Shown here: positions 1-14,500 of the stretch, in pieces | Layout: the number at the start of each line of letters is the position of its first letter | How positions within the stretch are numbered: position 1 is the first letter of the stretch | DNA from: Raja brachyura | Taxonomy: Eukaryota | Direction: 5' to 3' | Length of the DNA: 64,000 nucleotides | Assembly: GCA_963514005.1 (NCBI GenBank) | Contig: OY740790.1 | Coordinates: 15,066,001-15,130,000, forward strand | Translations under genes and position numbers: made by a program | The notes under the pieces: generated by a model | Told to the model about the DNA's origin: nothing | Databases searched by the model: none | Seen by the model: the letters and a program-made list of their open reading frames with translations, nothing else

Positions 1-65
1 TGGGACGGGTTGCATTGGGAGACCAGGCCTCCCAACAGGGACCTAACGGGTCCCACTCAGTCTAG
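1..65 (+). mobile_element. Probable Helitron 3' end (element extends beyond window start)
   Basis: GC-rich hairpin GGGACC-taacg-GGTCCC (38-54) followed 7 nt later by terminal CTAG and then T, the canonical Helitron 3' signature; second hairpin TGGGAG/CTCCCA at 16-34. Confidence 0.5.
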
Positions 66-442
66 TATAGAATATTAAGAAAGATTTATTTTACTGAAAG
101 GTTGGGAAATTATTGTAGTGAATGACATCTGTTATAAGGTGGGGTGATTCACTGCCATGCTTGGATTTATTTACTCGAGGAATAAAATTGACATTGTTTC
201 ACTTTGTCAGTTTGCTCTATATCTGGTCTGCATTATTCAGGGATTCACTGAGCTGCCCAGACAAGGAACAGATCACAGTGAAGCCAGTCGTCACAATTGT
301 GCAGAAAAGCACTGCTTTCAAATTGTAATAGAATTAAATCATACGAATCGGCACCTCTAATCTTGCCATTTCATCCATTTACGCAGTGTATGTTCTCATA
401 CAATGCCCTGAAATTTTGGGAAACTCACTGTTTCAAAAATGA

Positions 443-883
<441 letters not shown>

Positions 884-1761
884 TAAATAAAAGAGAATAT
901 TTATTTAATCTTCCTTGCTTAGCAGTGTCATCTGCGGTGTAAAGATAATTAAAAATGTGCCTTTTAAAATAAAAATGTGCCTGCTTTTAGAATGTGTTCA
1001 ACATAGTCTCAAAAATTGCAGTGTCACTTTGCAAATACATCCAGAGGACACTTGTGTTTTCAAGAACGTAGCACCATTTATACAGGGTGTCTGTGTGCTT
1101 GAAGTTCCAAGTGCCTTCCTGAGTTGACCGGGTGAGGTTTACAAAATGGGCATCAATGTTTTAAGAAGACACAGGGAACTGCAAATGCTGGAATCTTGAG
1201 CGAAAGGATAAGTGCTGGAGGAACAGAAGGTCAGACAGCATCTGACCTGGGTTGGGATCCTTCTTCAGACTGATCAGTGTTTTAACTTGAATGTATTCCT
1301 CTTTGATCAAATGCAGCAAAATTCTATCTAATGTTAAATCCTCATTTCAAAGTTAGATGATCCATTTAAAATTAAATAGATGAGTTATTGGCACCCCAAC
1401 ACTGCAAGGCTTAGTTTATTAACGGTATTTACCAAAGTTTTGGCAAAAAGATTGTCTGAGGTAACTACCCTCGATGTCTGCTGGAAAGGATTTCCAGTGG
1501 CCACTCGCAGATGTAAGCAAAATATTGCCAACTTAATGATGTGAGACAAGAAAAATCATAAAGATCTGTGATCATTTTTATCGAATTGGCTAAAGACTTT
1601 GACTCCAGCGGCCATAAACAGATTCTTAAGACTTTTGGCAGGATTTTGATTTTAGGTAACATTTTGTTAATCTTGTTTCAGGCCCATTTACAAGCCTGTC
1701 TCCTTTTATTAAGAACAGCAAGGCCAAGACTTGGGGCCATCCCTATCATGAGGAGCATTAT

Positions 1762-2230
1762 GGGCCTGTCCCACTTAGGCGACTGCAGGAGAGTATGCAG
1801 TCGCTACTTGTTCGCGGGTGGTTGCCGGGTAGTCGCCTTCATGGTTGTGAGGAGTTCCCGCATTCTGGGAACTAGTCACGGCCTCATTATGGTCGCCGCA
1901 AATTTTTCAACATGTTAAACAATTTCAACATGTTTTCAATTTGTTCAACATGTTGAAAAATTAGCGGCACTAGAATGAAGCCGCTATGGAGAGTAGCGAG
2001 AATTCTAGTGCCGTAGGTGGGTCGCCAGGAGGTCCTAGTGGGTTGCCAGGAGGTCGAAGGTCTTAGATTCTCGTAGGTTGTAGCTTTGCACCGTGTGAAT
2101 TTTACTCAGACAGCCGGGCTGGTGAAGGAAGCGATGTGTGTGTGTTCCACTCTGACCGTCATTGTTCCAGTTGCCGGTCTTTCAGGCGCCTGCCGGCAAC
2201 TTGACAGACAAGCTCATTAGGCAAAGTGAC
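1762..2230. mobile_element. PIF/Harbinger-like MITE remnant
   Basis: Starts with GGGCCTGTCCCACTT, a Harbinger-type terminus; CpG-rich; central palindrome TTTTCAACATGTTGAAAA, partly triplicated at 1903-1960. Right terminus unclear. Confidence 0.45.
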
Positions 2231-2713
2231 CCATATTCCCCTGCATATTATATAACATTGTTAACATTTTGTTCGATTTTGATTGGTGTAATTTCTGTCT
2301 GGTGACAAGCAATACTTACTGTACTATCATGTTCAGGCACTTTCAAGAGTCAGTAGGTGATGCAATTTTTCAGTATATCCTTGAATCTTTTCCATTATCT
2401 ACCTTCAAGTTGTTGTTCTGGAATGTTTAAGTAGAAGGCGTAAGTAACAGAATGCGAGCACAAAATAACTATGTTGTAGAGAGGTGATCCAGCCCATCCC
2501 CTCATCTGCTGAGTGTACAACATACAGATGAACCAGTGCACACTTTTGGCTTGTTTTCCAATAGCCATCATAACTTCCATTTATCCTGTCTTTTTAATAT
2601 AACAAAGTCTTTATAGCAGAATTATTAAACATTGAAAAAGAGCAGACAAACTGTGTAGAAAGGAACTGCAGATGTTCGGTGTCTTATGTTAACAATACTT
2701 TCTTTTTTTGTGA

Positions 2714-2890
<177 letters not shown>

Positions 2891-3875
2891 TAAGTTCTAC
2901 CCTGCTTTCCTTTTGCCAAATGAATAAAAAACATTAATTTGCAAATGATGAATAATTTCTCCAGTGACTATAATCAAGGGATTTATTAACATGTATATTC
3001 TACTCATGATGCATCGTGCAAACATTTCAGGCTGTGGCTTAATTTCTGTAAGTAGCAATGAGACTTAATTGAGTTGTTGATGTGGGACAGAATATGAATG
3101 CTGTAACTATTTTCTCCACAAGAATATTGTTACCACTGAGTCAGTAGATTATGGATTTAAGTTCCATTGGAAGTGTCAAAAACTAGATTTAGGAAAATGG
3201 ATAAAATATTTTCAGATGATCTGAGGATGAATTGTTCGTCCAGAGGCTGATTGGGACCTGGAATGCATGGCCTAAGTGCTGGAGTCGGGCTCTCTCACAA
3301 TGTTTGACAAGTGCTAGATGGTCAGCACAGACACAAAGAGCTGAACTGTTTCTGTGTTATATGAATCTACAATTTTCTGATTTGAATCTTGAGCCTTGCT
3401 GGCGTTTTGGCATGGAACTGATGGCATATTATTACCCTGTCAGAAATGCCTTGCTCTGAAACCTGCAGTGTACAACTGGGATCTTGTATAGAGGTAAAAG
3501 ATCCAATGATTCTACTCAAAACCGCTGGGAAAGGTCCCCATTGATATGTTTTTTAAATCACTCTGCATATTCATGCAAAATAATCTGTTCAATATCCTAC
3601 TGCTGTTTGTGACCTATGTTAAAGTGCAAATCGGCTGTGAGATTTCGTATAATAAAGTCTACAAATCAAACGGTTCTTTCTTTTCTGTGAGATACTTTGG
3701 GACAATCTAGGTTATAAAATACATTACATAAATAGTTTGTCTTAATGTGTTTTGGCACTTAAATATGTGTAATGTAATATCAAATAAAAACTGGAGATTT
3801 TATTTGATATTGCATTGGGTTGTGTTCAACTCTGTTGAAAATCAGTGGAAATAATGTGCCTTTCTGTATCTTTAG

Positions 3876-4053
3876 GTGTTTGTACTTTGGAACCCCCATT
3901 TTACATTGTTACAGAGTACATGCCTCATGGGAATTTACTGGACTATCTACGCGAGTGCAACCGGGAGGAGGCGAATGCTGTGGTGCTCTTGTACATGGCT
4001 ACACAGATCTCCTCTGCAATGGAGTATCTGGAGAAAAAGAACTTCATTCACAG
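3876..4053 (+). CDS. ABL2: ABL2 kinase exon (gatekeeper Thr, hinge)
   Basis: tttag|GT ... CAC AG|gtcag; 178 nt; [26 protein letters not shown]...KNFIHR. Confidence 0.97.
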
Positions 4054-4175
4054 GTCAGCCATTCTTTAGAATACAAAGCACACTTTTGGAATCATGTTCA
4101 GATAATTAACCATGTTATTTGCCATGTTAGAGATGAAATCTATTATTCACCTATGTGGAAATTTTGACAAATTGA

Positions 4176-4475
<300 letters not shown>

Positions 4476-4880
4476 TAAAACCGATTAAAATCCAAACCAA
4501 TTATTATTTTGGATCATTGGAGATAAAAAGCAGTTTGTTCTTAATATTCCTTTTCAACAACCTCTGCCATTATGTATCCCTATTAGCAAAACTTATCACA
4601 GTTTATTTTTTTGATTACAAGATGTGATCCTGGTAGAAATAATTAAGAATAATATCTAATACTCGAGTTGTTTTTTGCAAAGGTTCTCCAGCAGTGGTTA
4701 AATTTTAAGTATTTATGATAACAATATGAAAATAAAGACAACAATTGGGATTTTAAAAAGTTAATCGAATCCATTAGTCATTTGGTTAAATTATTAGTTT
4801 AGTTTAATCTAGAATATGTTTGTGTTAGGATTTAATATCCTGATCTGACTTAGACATTGGTCCAGAATTTAGTTAGGAGT

Positions 4881-5368
4881 TAGACAAAAATGCTGAAGAA
4901 ACTCAGCGGGCGAGGCAGCATCTATGGAGCAAAGGAAATGGGCAACGTTTTGGGCTGAAACCCTTCTTCAGACTGATGCAGGGGGGGGGGGGGGGGGGGG
5001 GAAGAAGAAAGGAAGAGGAGGACCCAGAGGGCTGAGGGAGAGCTGAGAAGGGGAGGAGACAGCAAGGGCTACCGGAAATTGGAGAAGTCAATGTTCAAGC
5101 TGCTGGGGTGCAGACTGCCCAAGCGGAATATGAGGTGCTGCACCTCCAATTTCCGGTGGTGCTCAGTCTGGCAATGGAGGAGGCCCAGGACAGAAAGGTC
5201 AGATTCGGAATGGGAGGGGGTTGAAGTGCTGAGCCACAGGGCGATCAGGTTGGTTAATGCAGACCGAGCGGAGGTGCTCGGCGAAACGATCGCCAAGCCT
5301 ACGCGGACATCTAGAGCAGCATTTTTGTCTACCTTTGATTTTCCAGTAGCTGCAGTTCCTTCTTGAAC
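4881..5368 (-). mobile_element. Penelope-like (Neptune-type) retroelement fragment: GIY-YIG endonuclease C-terminus plus pseudo-LTR, with a short inverted pLTR piece
   Basis: Minus-strand peptides RLGDRFAEHLRSV..PVAQHFN and HSESDLSVLGLLHC..RKLEVQHLIFRLGSLHP; 14-bp direct repeat ATTTAGTTAGGAGT at 4867-4880 and 5369-5382 (TSD). Confidence 0.8.
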
Positions 5369-5852
5369 ATTTAGTTAGGAGTACTGGAAGTTCCCCATGG
5401 AAATACAAGCAATTCTCAACTTTCGGGCTACCAGGTATTGGGTTCTTGGTGTAAATTAATGTGTGTGTTTTTTCCATTGAGTTAGCTTAAATTTTTAATT
5501 TTTTTAAATTTGGTTCTTTCATAAATTTGTAACACTTTTTTAATGCTTTTGACTGTCAAACACATGCAGAATTATTCAAAGACCTTGGCAGACTTGATTT
5601 TTATTCCCACCAAACTGACAGCATTATGCTGCAAGAGGTCTTGCCATAGTGCAAGGCCTTTCCAGTTTTGGAACACCAAATCAACACCAGTAAATCTGAA
5701 AAAGGTTAGTTTGTACTCAACAACACATGGGATTGCAGCAAGTACAGGCAATGTGCTGCTGACGATATGTTTATCGAATTGATTTTGCAAGACATCAAAT
5801 ACCTCATGATACTGCATTAACAATGGATGCAGGTAATTGTTACATGTGTTGA

Positions 5853-6053
<201 letters not shown>

Positions 6054-6668
6054 TAATATGTTTTGATAATAGTTAAGGTAGATGTGTCAATTATATCTGT
6101 AAGCTATTAAAAATGCAAATGTATTTTGAATCAGCAGGAGTCACTTTTTACTCCCATATCACCATGACCCTTAGTGTATTCACATGGAATGAAATGTGTC
6201 TCTTTACAAACCAATGATCCTTAATATTTGATAAAATCAAGTTACCAAGTTATTATCAAAATGTAAATTCTATTATGATATTGTGATATAAGTATTCTGG
6301 TCATACCTCTGATATTCAGAGTTTAAATGAATGGTTCTTGTGACATATTGAACACTGTGTCATCATAACCAGTCTCATAAAACAGATGCACTTCCATTTA
6401 GATTAGACTTCTTATAATTCTGTGGAGTAATTTCTTCAAAGGCAATTAAATAGAAGATAAAAATGTGCGTATATGAATTTGGCAAACTCACCACCCTGAT
6501 TTGGAACCATTTGTCATGAATTTCATTTAGAAACAGGCAGTAATATCATTTGACCTTCAAATTTGGTGGTTTGTGGAATCATGAGAGTACCACTGCTATT
6601 CAAAAAGCAAGAATTAATGTGTGCTGAAGGTGCATATTATGTTAAATGTGTCTGCTTTAATTTGTTAG

Positions 6669-6758
6669 GTTGGCAGTGGAATCCCATGGAACGGCCACTG
6701 TTTGCCGAGATCCATCAAGCATTTGAGACCATGTTCCACGACTCCAGCATTTCAGAAG
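6669..6758 (+). CDS. ABL2: ABL2 kinase C-terminal exon
   Basis: ttag|GT TGG ... GAA G|gtaag; 90 nt; [29 protein letters not shown]. Confidence 0.96.
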
Positions 6759-7118
6759 GTAAGATATTGCATCTTGCTAATGTTTTCAGCAGAACACTAA
6801 TACAAATTTCCTTATTAGTGTTCCTGTCTCAAATAAACTTATTGCCAACTAATATCAAACTGCGTTTTCTTTAAGCAGGACGGAAGTTGCCGGTGAAAAT
6901 AGTAGGCTTGTAATCTTGTACTCAGTGGCTCCACATAGATAGTTGCTGATGCACATGTATAATCAACAGCAAAAATTACTTTTAAGTAAATCTGAGATTA
7001 TAGAGAAATAAGGATAGATATATGCATAGGTATAAAGGTATGAAGAGTTATATAAGTTTATAAACCATAAAGACTAATACCAAAAATTCAAATGTTAGTG
7101 CTTCTTTTCCTCTGGCAG

Positions 7119-7280
7119 AAGTTGCAGAAGAACTTGGAAAAACTGCCTCTTCAACTGGAATCGCACAGCACTTTCAGTTACCCCTGCTCCCAACGAAAAC
7201 TCGAACACTCAAGAAAAATGCAGAAAATAAGGAAAACATGGACATGGATCATCCTGCTATAGCTCCTACCGTTATGCCAG
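7119..7280 (+). CDS. ABL2: ABL2 post-kinase exon
   Basis: ctggcag|AA GTT ... CCA G|gtact; 162 nt; EVAEELGK...LPLLPTKTRTLKKNAENKEN; phases fit neighbouring exons. Confidence 0.92.
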
Positions 7281-7349
7281 GTACTTGTTACATTTTAAAT
7301 ACCTCTCTCTGCATGCGGTCTTAAATGCAGTACTTTAAATATAAGCAAT

Positions 7350-7442
7350 AAAGAAGGGTCTCGGCCCGAAATGTCACCCATCCTTTCTCTCCAGAGATGC
7401 TGCTGTCTCGCTGAGTTACTCCAGCATTTTGTGTCTATCTTC
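7350..7442 (+). repeat. Penelope-type pseudo-LTR fragment
   Basis: AGAAGGGTCTCGGCCCGAAATGTCACCCATCC..TCTCCAGAGATGCTGC..CAGCATTTTGTGTC; same repeat recurs at many places in the window. Confidence 0.65.
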
Positions 7443-8103
7443 CCTGATAGATCATTTTGTGGAGAAGTTAGGTGAACATGTCACAAACTTGGTGCCCTCT
7501 ATTTTTGATTGCATATTGCTCATGCTTTTATTTAAGTAATGAGCTTCTTTAGTTCAAATGACCATCCCCTCATTCCTCTCCAAAATTATATATTTTTTAA
7601 AGGTCTGGCTCCTGGCTCTCAAAATTATCAAGTGTAATTAGACACAAGATAAATTATAATGTGGATCAAATCAGTGCTTGGTAGTCTATTTAATGATTGA
7701 TTTTTGAAGCAATAGCAAATCAATACATTTGGATGGGCTTCACTTTTTAACGCAATAATTTTTTGGACAGAATGTAAGTCAGACATAACCTGCAGATTCT
7801 GTGTTCACAACCAGAGAAGCCTTGTGCTGAATCACTTTCTCTGCTACAGTTTTATTAGCATTGGAAACAAATTGAAGATGTCATGTTGAAGAAAATTGTA
7901 CAATTTTGTCAAATGAGTGGTTGTGCTGGGAAAAATAAGAAACTAGAAACTGAACATAACGTTTGAAACATGCAGAAAAAGAAAGAATAAGAGAGGAAAA
8001 TGAGAACATGATGGAGGCTGGAGACAGGAAAACATTAAGAATACAGTTTAAATACTCTTTCAATGTTTGGATTACATCTACTATCTTTTTCATTTCCCAA
8101 TAG

Positions 8104-9809
8104 GGATGGGAACAAGTACAGCCCCATGTAGCATCTCGCCAGCATTACCTCGTAAACAAAGAGACAAATCTCCTGGTGGTCTCCTGGATGATAGCAAAGA
8201 GAACCTGTTTACTCGAGATAGAAAAGCTGGCTTCTTTAGTTCCTTCATGAAGAAGAAGACTGTTCCTATGCCACCTAAGCGTAGCAGTTCCTTCCGCGAA
8301 ATGGAGAACCATCCACACAAAAAATATGAGATAACGGGTAACTTTGCTTCTTTCTCATCTTTTCAGCACTCTGATGGGCTTGCTTTTGTCCATTCACACG
8401 CAGAAGGGAACCTCACACAGGCTAGGTGTTGTGGACGAGGTTCTGTGCAAAGAAATGGTGGTGTAACTGGTGGAGGGTGGGCAGGATTTGCTGGGTTTTT
8501 CACTCCTCGCTTAATAAAAAAGACTCTTGGCTTCAAACCAGGGAAGCCTACGAGTAATGACGATTCAAGCTTGGACGGCACAAAACCTTTTCCCCGGTCA
8601 AATTCTACTTCTTCCATGTCTTCAGGACTTCAAGAACTGGATCGTCTAGCCTTGACTCTTCCTAGAAATTGTCACCGCAACAGAATTCAAGTCGAGCATC
8701 CAGTGCCCTACACTGCCAAAGAGGAAGGGCCGGGACGATTGACAGATCCACTGCATAGAAAAGCAGACGATGGAGTTGCTTCTTTGAGAGACAAGGCAAA
8801 AACAAAACTTTTGGCAAGGTGTGCCGCAACACCCTCTCTCAGGGCCCAGACTGGCAATGGAGATGGTGATCTTTCTCAAAACCTCAATGCTGTATCAGTT
8901 GGGCGTGGAGAAACTAATAGCAATCATTCTGGTCCATTAGGAATGAAAGAAGATATGGAGAAGATAGGTTGGTCCTCGCCAGTGAAGGCTTCTGCCACAC
9001 TTCCAGCAACTCATAACCATAAAGTACCTGTTTTGATATCGCCAACTTTGAAGCATGCTCCTGCTGAAGTTCAGTTGATTGGAACAGATTCCTTGGGAAA
9101 CAAATTCAAACTTCTGTCAGAGCATCAGGTTACATCTGAAAGAGAGAGGCCAAGGCTTGTCAAACCAAAATGTGCACCACCTCCACCTCCACCTTCCCTA
9201 AAACTATTGCAACCTCCTCCTAGCACTAATTTCAACAGCACAGAAACAACGGAGGACCTGGAGGGTATTTCGGCAGCACAACAAGAGGTTGAGATAAATG
9301 GTGAAGGTGGCAAACGACCAACAATACCAGTATTTGCAAAGATTTCTAGGCCATCTATACCACCTCCTCAAGTGCCTCCAGGTTCATCCACTCCCACTGC
9401 AACAACTTCTAAACTTGCAAACGGTACCTCTGTAACTGCAGGTGCTAGAATTTCCTTGCGGAAAACCAAGCTTCCACCTGAAAAAGTGCCAACAGAAAAA
9501 ATCAGTAAAGAGGCATTATTGGAGTGTGCCGAGCTTCTCTCCAATGTTATTGACAGTGGTTCAGAGTCCACTTCCAACAGCCAGTTGGTTGAAGCAGGAC
9601 ATCGGTTGCTCGATCATTGCTCTGGTTACGTGGACTGCATCACTCAGATGAGAAACAAGTTTGCTTTCCGTGAAGCTGTAAGCAAATTAGAACATGGCTT
9701 GCATGAACTCCAGGTATCCTCCACAGCTTCGACTGGACCTCCTACAAACTCTGTGCTCAGTAACTTACTGACATATGTTAGAGAGCTAAGTGAAATTGTA
9801 CAGAGGTAG
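8104..9809 (+). CDS. ABL2: ABL2 last coding exon (PxxP motifs, cytoskeleton-binding region, C-terminal F-actin-binding domain)
   Basis: caatag|GG ATG; open to TAG at 9807-9809; PPKRSSSFREME, GFFTPRLIKKTL, HNHKVPVLISPTLKH, RNKFAFREAVSKLE, end ..EIVQR*. The eight exons sum to 2832 nt (944 codons) in frame. Confidence 0.97.
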
Positions 9810-12800
9810 CTGAGAAGGCGTTGCTGTTTGTGAGAGGTTTACTGACTTGTTTATTATCTGAAGTACCTCAGCAAATGTTCAGCTCTTTAATGTTTACAAA
9901 TTCATCTCTCTCTGTCAGTGGAGTCCTGGTTAGAGCTGTCTCTGCATAATCAGACTTTTGGAGGGGATGGGAAACACCATCTCCAACAAGTGCTGGGTGG
10001 AATACTACTCCTGGTATTACATTTGTGGAAAAAGTCCCAAAACAACTTTTTTTTGGGCCAGGTAAGTTATTTTTGTCCTCCTGGGCAGTCCTTAGGGACT
10101 CTTCCACTTTAAAGAGGAAGGCACCCTCAGAGTCTGTAGATATGTGATCGCAATTGCATTGAATCACAACATGTAATCATTGGGAAATGTACTTAAGCCT
10201 GTTTGACAGACATGGCTAAACCATTGTTCTTCTGCAACTTGACATTACTGGTTATTCCCTTCACATTAAGAATCAAACTTCACTCATCCACATATTATTC
10301 ATCTGTTGCATGTTGAAGGTGCACCAAAATTTATGAACATAAATTCCCTATGCAGTAAAATCTGTTTTGCTACAGCTCAAATATCCACTAAATGAACAGA
10401 CATGCGGCCATTATTAATCTTTGCTGAAATACTGTAAAATAAAATCATGACTTCCCCCTCATATCTGGTAACTGTGTTACTGAGAGCAGTTTCTTCTGGA
10501 AGAACATCATCTATACTAAACACAAAACTCAATTTATCTATATTTAATTTGAGTTACTAATTTATTTTGAGTGCTACTTCCAAAGTCCCTCAGAACTGTC
10601 ATGGAGCTTAAGACTTACCTCTATTGTTGCCTGTCAAAACAAATTTCATGTTTATATTTTTGGTGAATGGAGAAAAATGTGGCAGAGTCTGCTATAACTT
10701 GAGAATGACAATGTGAATTGTATTACTTTTGAATTGTTAAGTGAATCTACTGTGCTTGCTGTGAGTGTAGAAAATGACATCCCTAATCACAGACATGGAT
10801 AAATAAGAGTTATACTACAATCAATGTATATAACAGAAACATTTACCCATAGCTCCACTCCTTCTACCTTGGTGCTGGAATAGCCTGAAGGTCCCATAGG
10901 AAATATTGGTTCTGCTTTCTCTCTTTTCACGGCACTGGATTGCGTAAGAAAACACATGTATTGGAAACACTTCTAACCCATGTATTTTGTAGAGATGCTC
11001 TAATTGTTCTCAAATAAATGTATTCAGTGACATGAAGTTCACATGTATAGCAGTTGTAATAGTAACTGCTGAAAGAAAAACATGATTTTAATGCATGTTT
11101 CTGCCCATAAATTAAAAATGGTAGGTCTGGGAAAATAACTGGATGCTCCCTCAATTTTTGAGAAGAATTTCATGTAGACATTTTAGAAGTATTTATTTAC
11201 TTTTTAATATAAGCACAATGAATGGCCAATAAATCCATACTAGGTATCATGTGTCTCTCTAGCCCGTGTTGAGTTACTGCTTCTGAAGATATTGTTGTCC
11301 TGTTGAGGCTCTTCAATTATTCTCATGTCACTGGGGAATCGTTCCTCATGCATTTTACTGCCAGTCACAACGCTCATATGGCATGTGCTTTGGTCCAAAA
11401 CAAGGTTATTTCTGCTAAGGCTTTATTTTTTAAAGGAGAACATTTGAAGAAAATGTTGATCTTAAGTAATGCCTGGTCTGAGGAATAGTTGCTGCAAAAT
11501 GTGCATTTTGAAGCCGACCATAAGCATTAGCACTAGTTTCACTTTCCCCTTACAGAAGCTTTCTCAAGGGACTAGGATTTTTTTTTTAAATCTGAAAACA
11601 GAATAACTGCTGTCCAGCGAAATGCAAAATTCTATTTTTTCTCTTTTGAATGTGGTGACCATCTGATCACATTGGCAGTATTAATGTGGGCTGTCATTTC
11701 AGACTATTTGCTGCTGATTATTTGCAGAAATATTCTGTGTACATTTATACCAAAGGCCACGTGGTTCAGTAATTTGTTTTCTGTACAATTTAGGCTGGGT
11801 CAAACTCATTTCTGATTTCATAGGAAGATCTAAAATTAAGATTTATATTGATAGTAATGATTATTTGGTGTACATTAACAACCAACCCAGTAGTATGGGA
11901 GGCCATTTCAATCACATGGTTTTGAATGGTACAGTGAAGTCACACTACCTTGTAACAAGACTTTTGGACTTTTTGGTCTTCAGTTGTCCATTTATAAACT
12001 TTCTGCAAAATCTCATTGATTCCCTCACAGTTACTCTTTTAAAACCCAATCTCCTGTCATATTAAATTCTTAGTGAATAACTTTAAAATGTTTGTGTTGC
12101 AAAGCACAAAGCCAGTTGTGGATGTGGAAATACCCAAAACATCTATCCTTCCCGCAGTGGGGAATCCAGTAAATGAATAATCTACAATAATTCAAATTCC
12201 CTGATTGAACCTTTGGTTAACCTTGGCTAGATGGTGATGTAAATGCTACATTTACCCTTAACATCTCTTGTAACGTGTTAATTTATTTGGGAATCGGGGA
12301 AGAGACAACCTTCAAATTCTGGTTCCTGTTGCTTCTATAAAATCTGAATCCCAAATTGAGCTAAATACAAAGTTAAACGCGACTGTGATAAATAATGTTA
12401 CTTAGGGTTTAAAAACAATGTTGTAACAAGTCATCATGTAACTTAAGTTACTCATGTAAGCAAGACACTATTGAATCCATTAATTTTGTACTTTATAGAT
12501 ATTTAAAATTCTAATGAACCTAGGATGATCAAGATTGAAACCTGGGTCACGTTTATAATTAACTGACTTTTCACAAGATTAATCTACTAAACTCTGTGGA
12601 GGAGAGATCTCCACTGAGATGCTCTTTTTCTTACATTTCCATTTAATTTAATTCTAAATTCCCATAGAAGGTCACACAAAAATATTTATCATTTCCATTG
12701 TTCCATTACTCAATCAGCATCCAGATTATTCAAATTAAGTAAATACCAGAGTAAATCAGGTTCTGCCATTAGCCACAAGAACATTAATCTTTCCTTGCCT

Positions 12801-14500
12801 AGATTGCAGAAGTAGCATTTGAACAATAATTCAAGCTGGTTGCTTTTCTTCTTAAGGGAATAAAGTGTCATGATCCTTGGCTGAGTCTTGAATAAATACT
12901 GGACTTCAAGGCACAGCAGTGAGCCTGGATTCCAGGAAGAGTATTCCCTGCATGAGAATAATACACTCAGTATACACATGAGGCAGCAAATTAGCTATTT
13001 TCCACAACATTGATACTCCAGATTGAGGTTAGTAAGAAGATGGTACTTTCAGACCTGAACAGCAAAGGCTAGGGAAAAGTTATCATTTCAGGTCGATGAT
13101 CTGAAGCCTTTCAACCCAAAATGTTAACTATTTCTTCCGGCTGCTGCTGCTGCCTGATCTGCTGAGTATTTCAAGTATTTTCTGCTTTGATTTCAGGTTT
13201 GCATCAAATGCATTTTTTTACATACAAACCTAAATGTTGCTTAACTTTTATATTTGTTTTCACGTCCCTATTTGATATCACATTATGCTTAATGTTATTT
13301 CCAGTATAGGCACCTCTTTAGAAAAATCCTTTTCTAAGGAGGTGCCTACTTAGCAGAGAGCAGAGAGAAATCCTTCAGCATTTTGAATGATTTTCCAGAG
13401 CAGAGTTTCTGGAATGCTTTGTTTGGTTAGCAACAGTTCGTGCAATTTAGAATCCTAAATCTCATGTTCCTACAGTGACCTAAAACAAAATTGACCTCAT
13501 TGCATTGCAACATTCTATCATGGAGATACCATGGCATTACAGATTAGAAATTCACATTATTTAAAATTAAAAATTGCAACCTGATTCTGATATGCACATA
13601 GCCAGTGCAGTTATAATTTAAAAACTCTTCTGATAGAAGATTAATTTCACTCCACATTTCTAAATTGCTGTAAAATGCAAGTATTCTATGGTGAAGAAAT
13701 GAGAATCTTCCAATGTTGGTTTTAACAGTTCACAAGCAAATTTTATTCCTTGTATAATACAAATGAAAAGCTGTAATCCTAAATGTATGCGTGCAAAATT
13801 TGTGGCTTTTTAATTGCAGAACAAAGGCATGAAGGTATAATTTACCTGGTCAACTATAGTTGAAAACGTGCTGAAAAAAATAATCTTCTATTCTCATATG
13901 GGATTAAAACTACGAGTTTAGGTGTGGATGGGTTGGAGAACTGTCGAGATTTGAAAGTGAAGAGCAGCATTGCAGAAGTGACTGTGAATGTTGGGAGTTA
14001 CTACTGAAAAAAAATCTGTTTATTGTTAAGCAGTGCCACTTAGTGAGTTTAGCATTGCAGTTACTGTATCTTTGTACACCCTGTCATTGATTTACGTTGA
14101 TGCAAATGTATTCTTCCGTGTTCAAGGAATGGGTTATTCTTTAAATCTGAACTCCAGGCGTGTCTGTGAGTGAACCCAAGAGCTTGTTTTTTGTGGATTG
14201 ACAAAATACCTCTGTGTGTGTGTGTATGTATGTTTTGTGGGGAGAGTGATGAAATGGGAGGGTTGGGGTGGAAAAATGTTTTGTCACATAAAAATATGTA
14301 CGATTTTGCTTGGAAGCAGAAATGAATTTATCCCAGCCTTGTAAACACTAAAATGTGTAAATATGTGAATTAACAGGGGTTTAAGGGATGACAGAGCTAC
14401 CCCAGAATGAACACTAAATGACATAAACAGTATTTTGGGTTTTTTTGTACTATAAATATGTTTGCGTTTGTAATTAAATTATCACAGAATTATGGTTCAA
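9810..14500 (+). other. ABL2: Probable long ABL2 3' UTR (3' end uncertain)
   Basis: AT-rich, TE-poor sequence after the stop; candidate signals ATTAAA ~14473 and AATAAA ~17232; mammalian ABL2 has a multi-kb 3' UTR. Confidence 0.4.
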
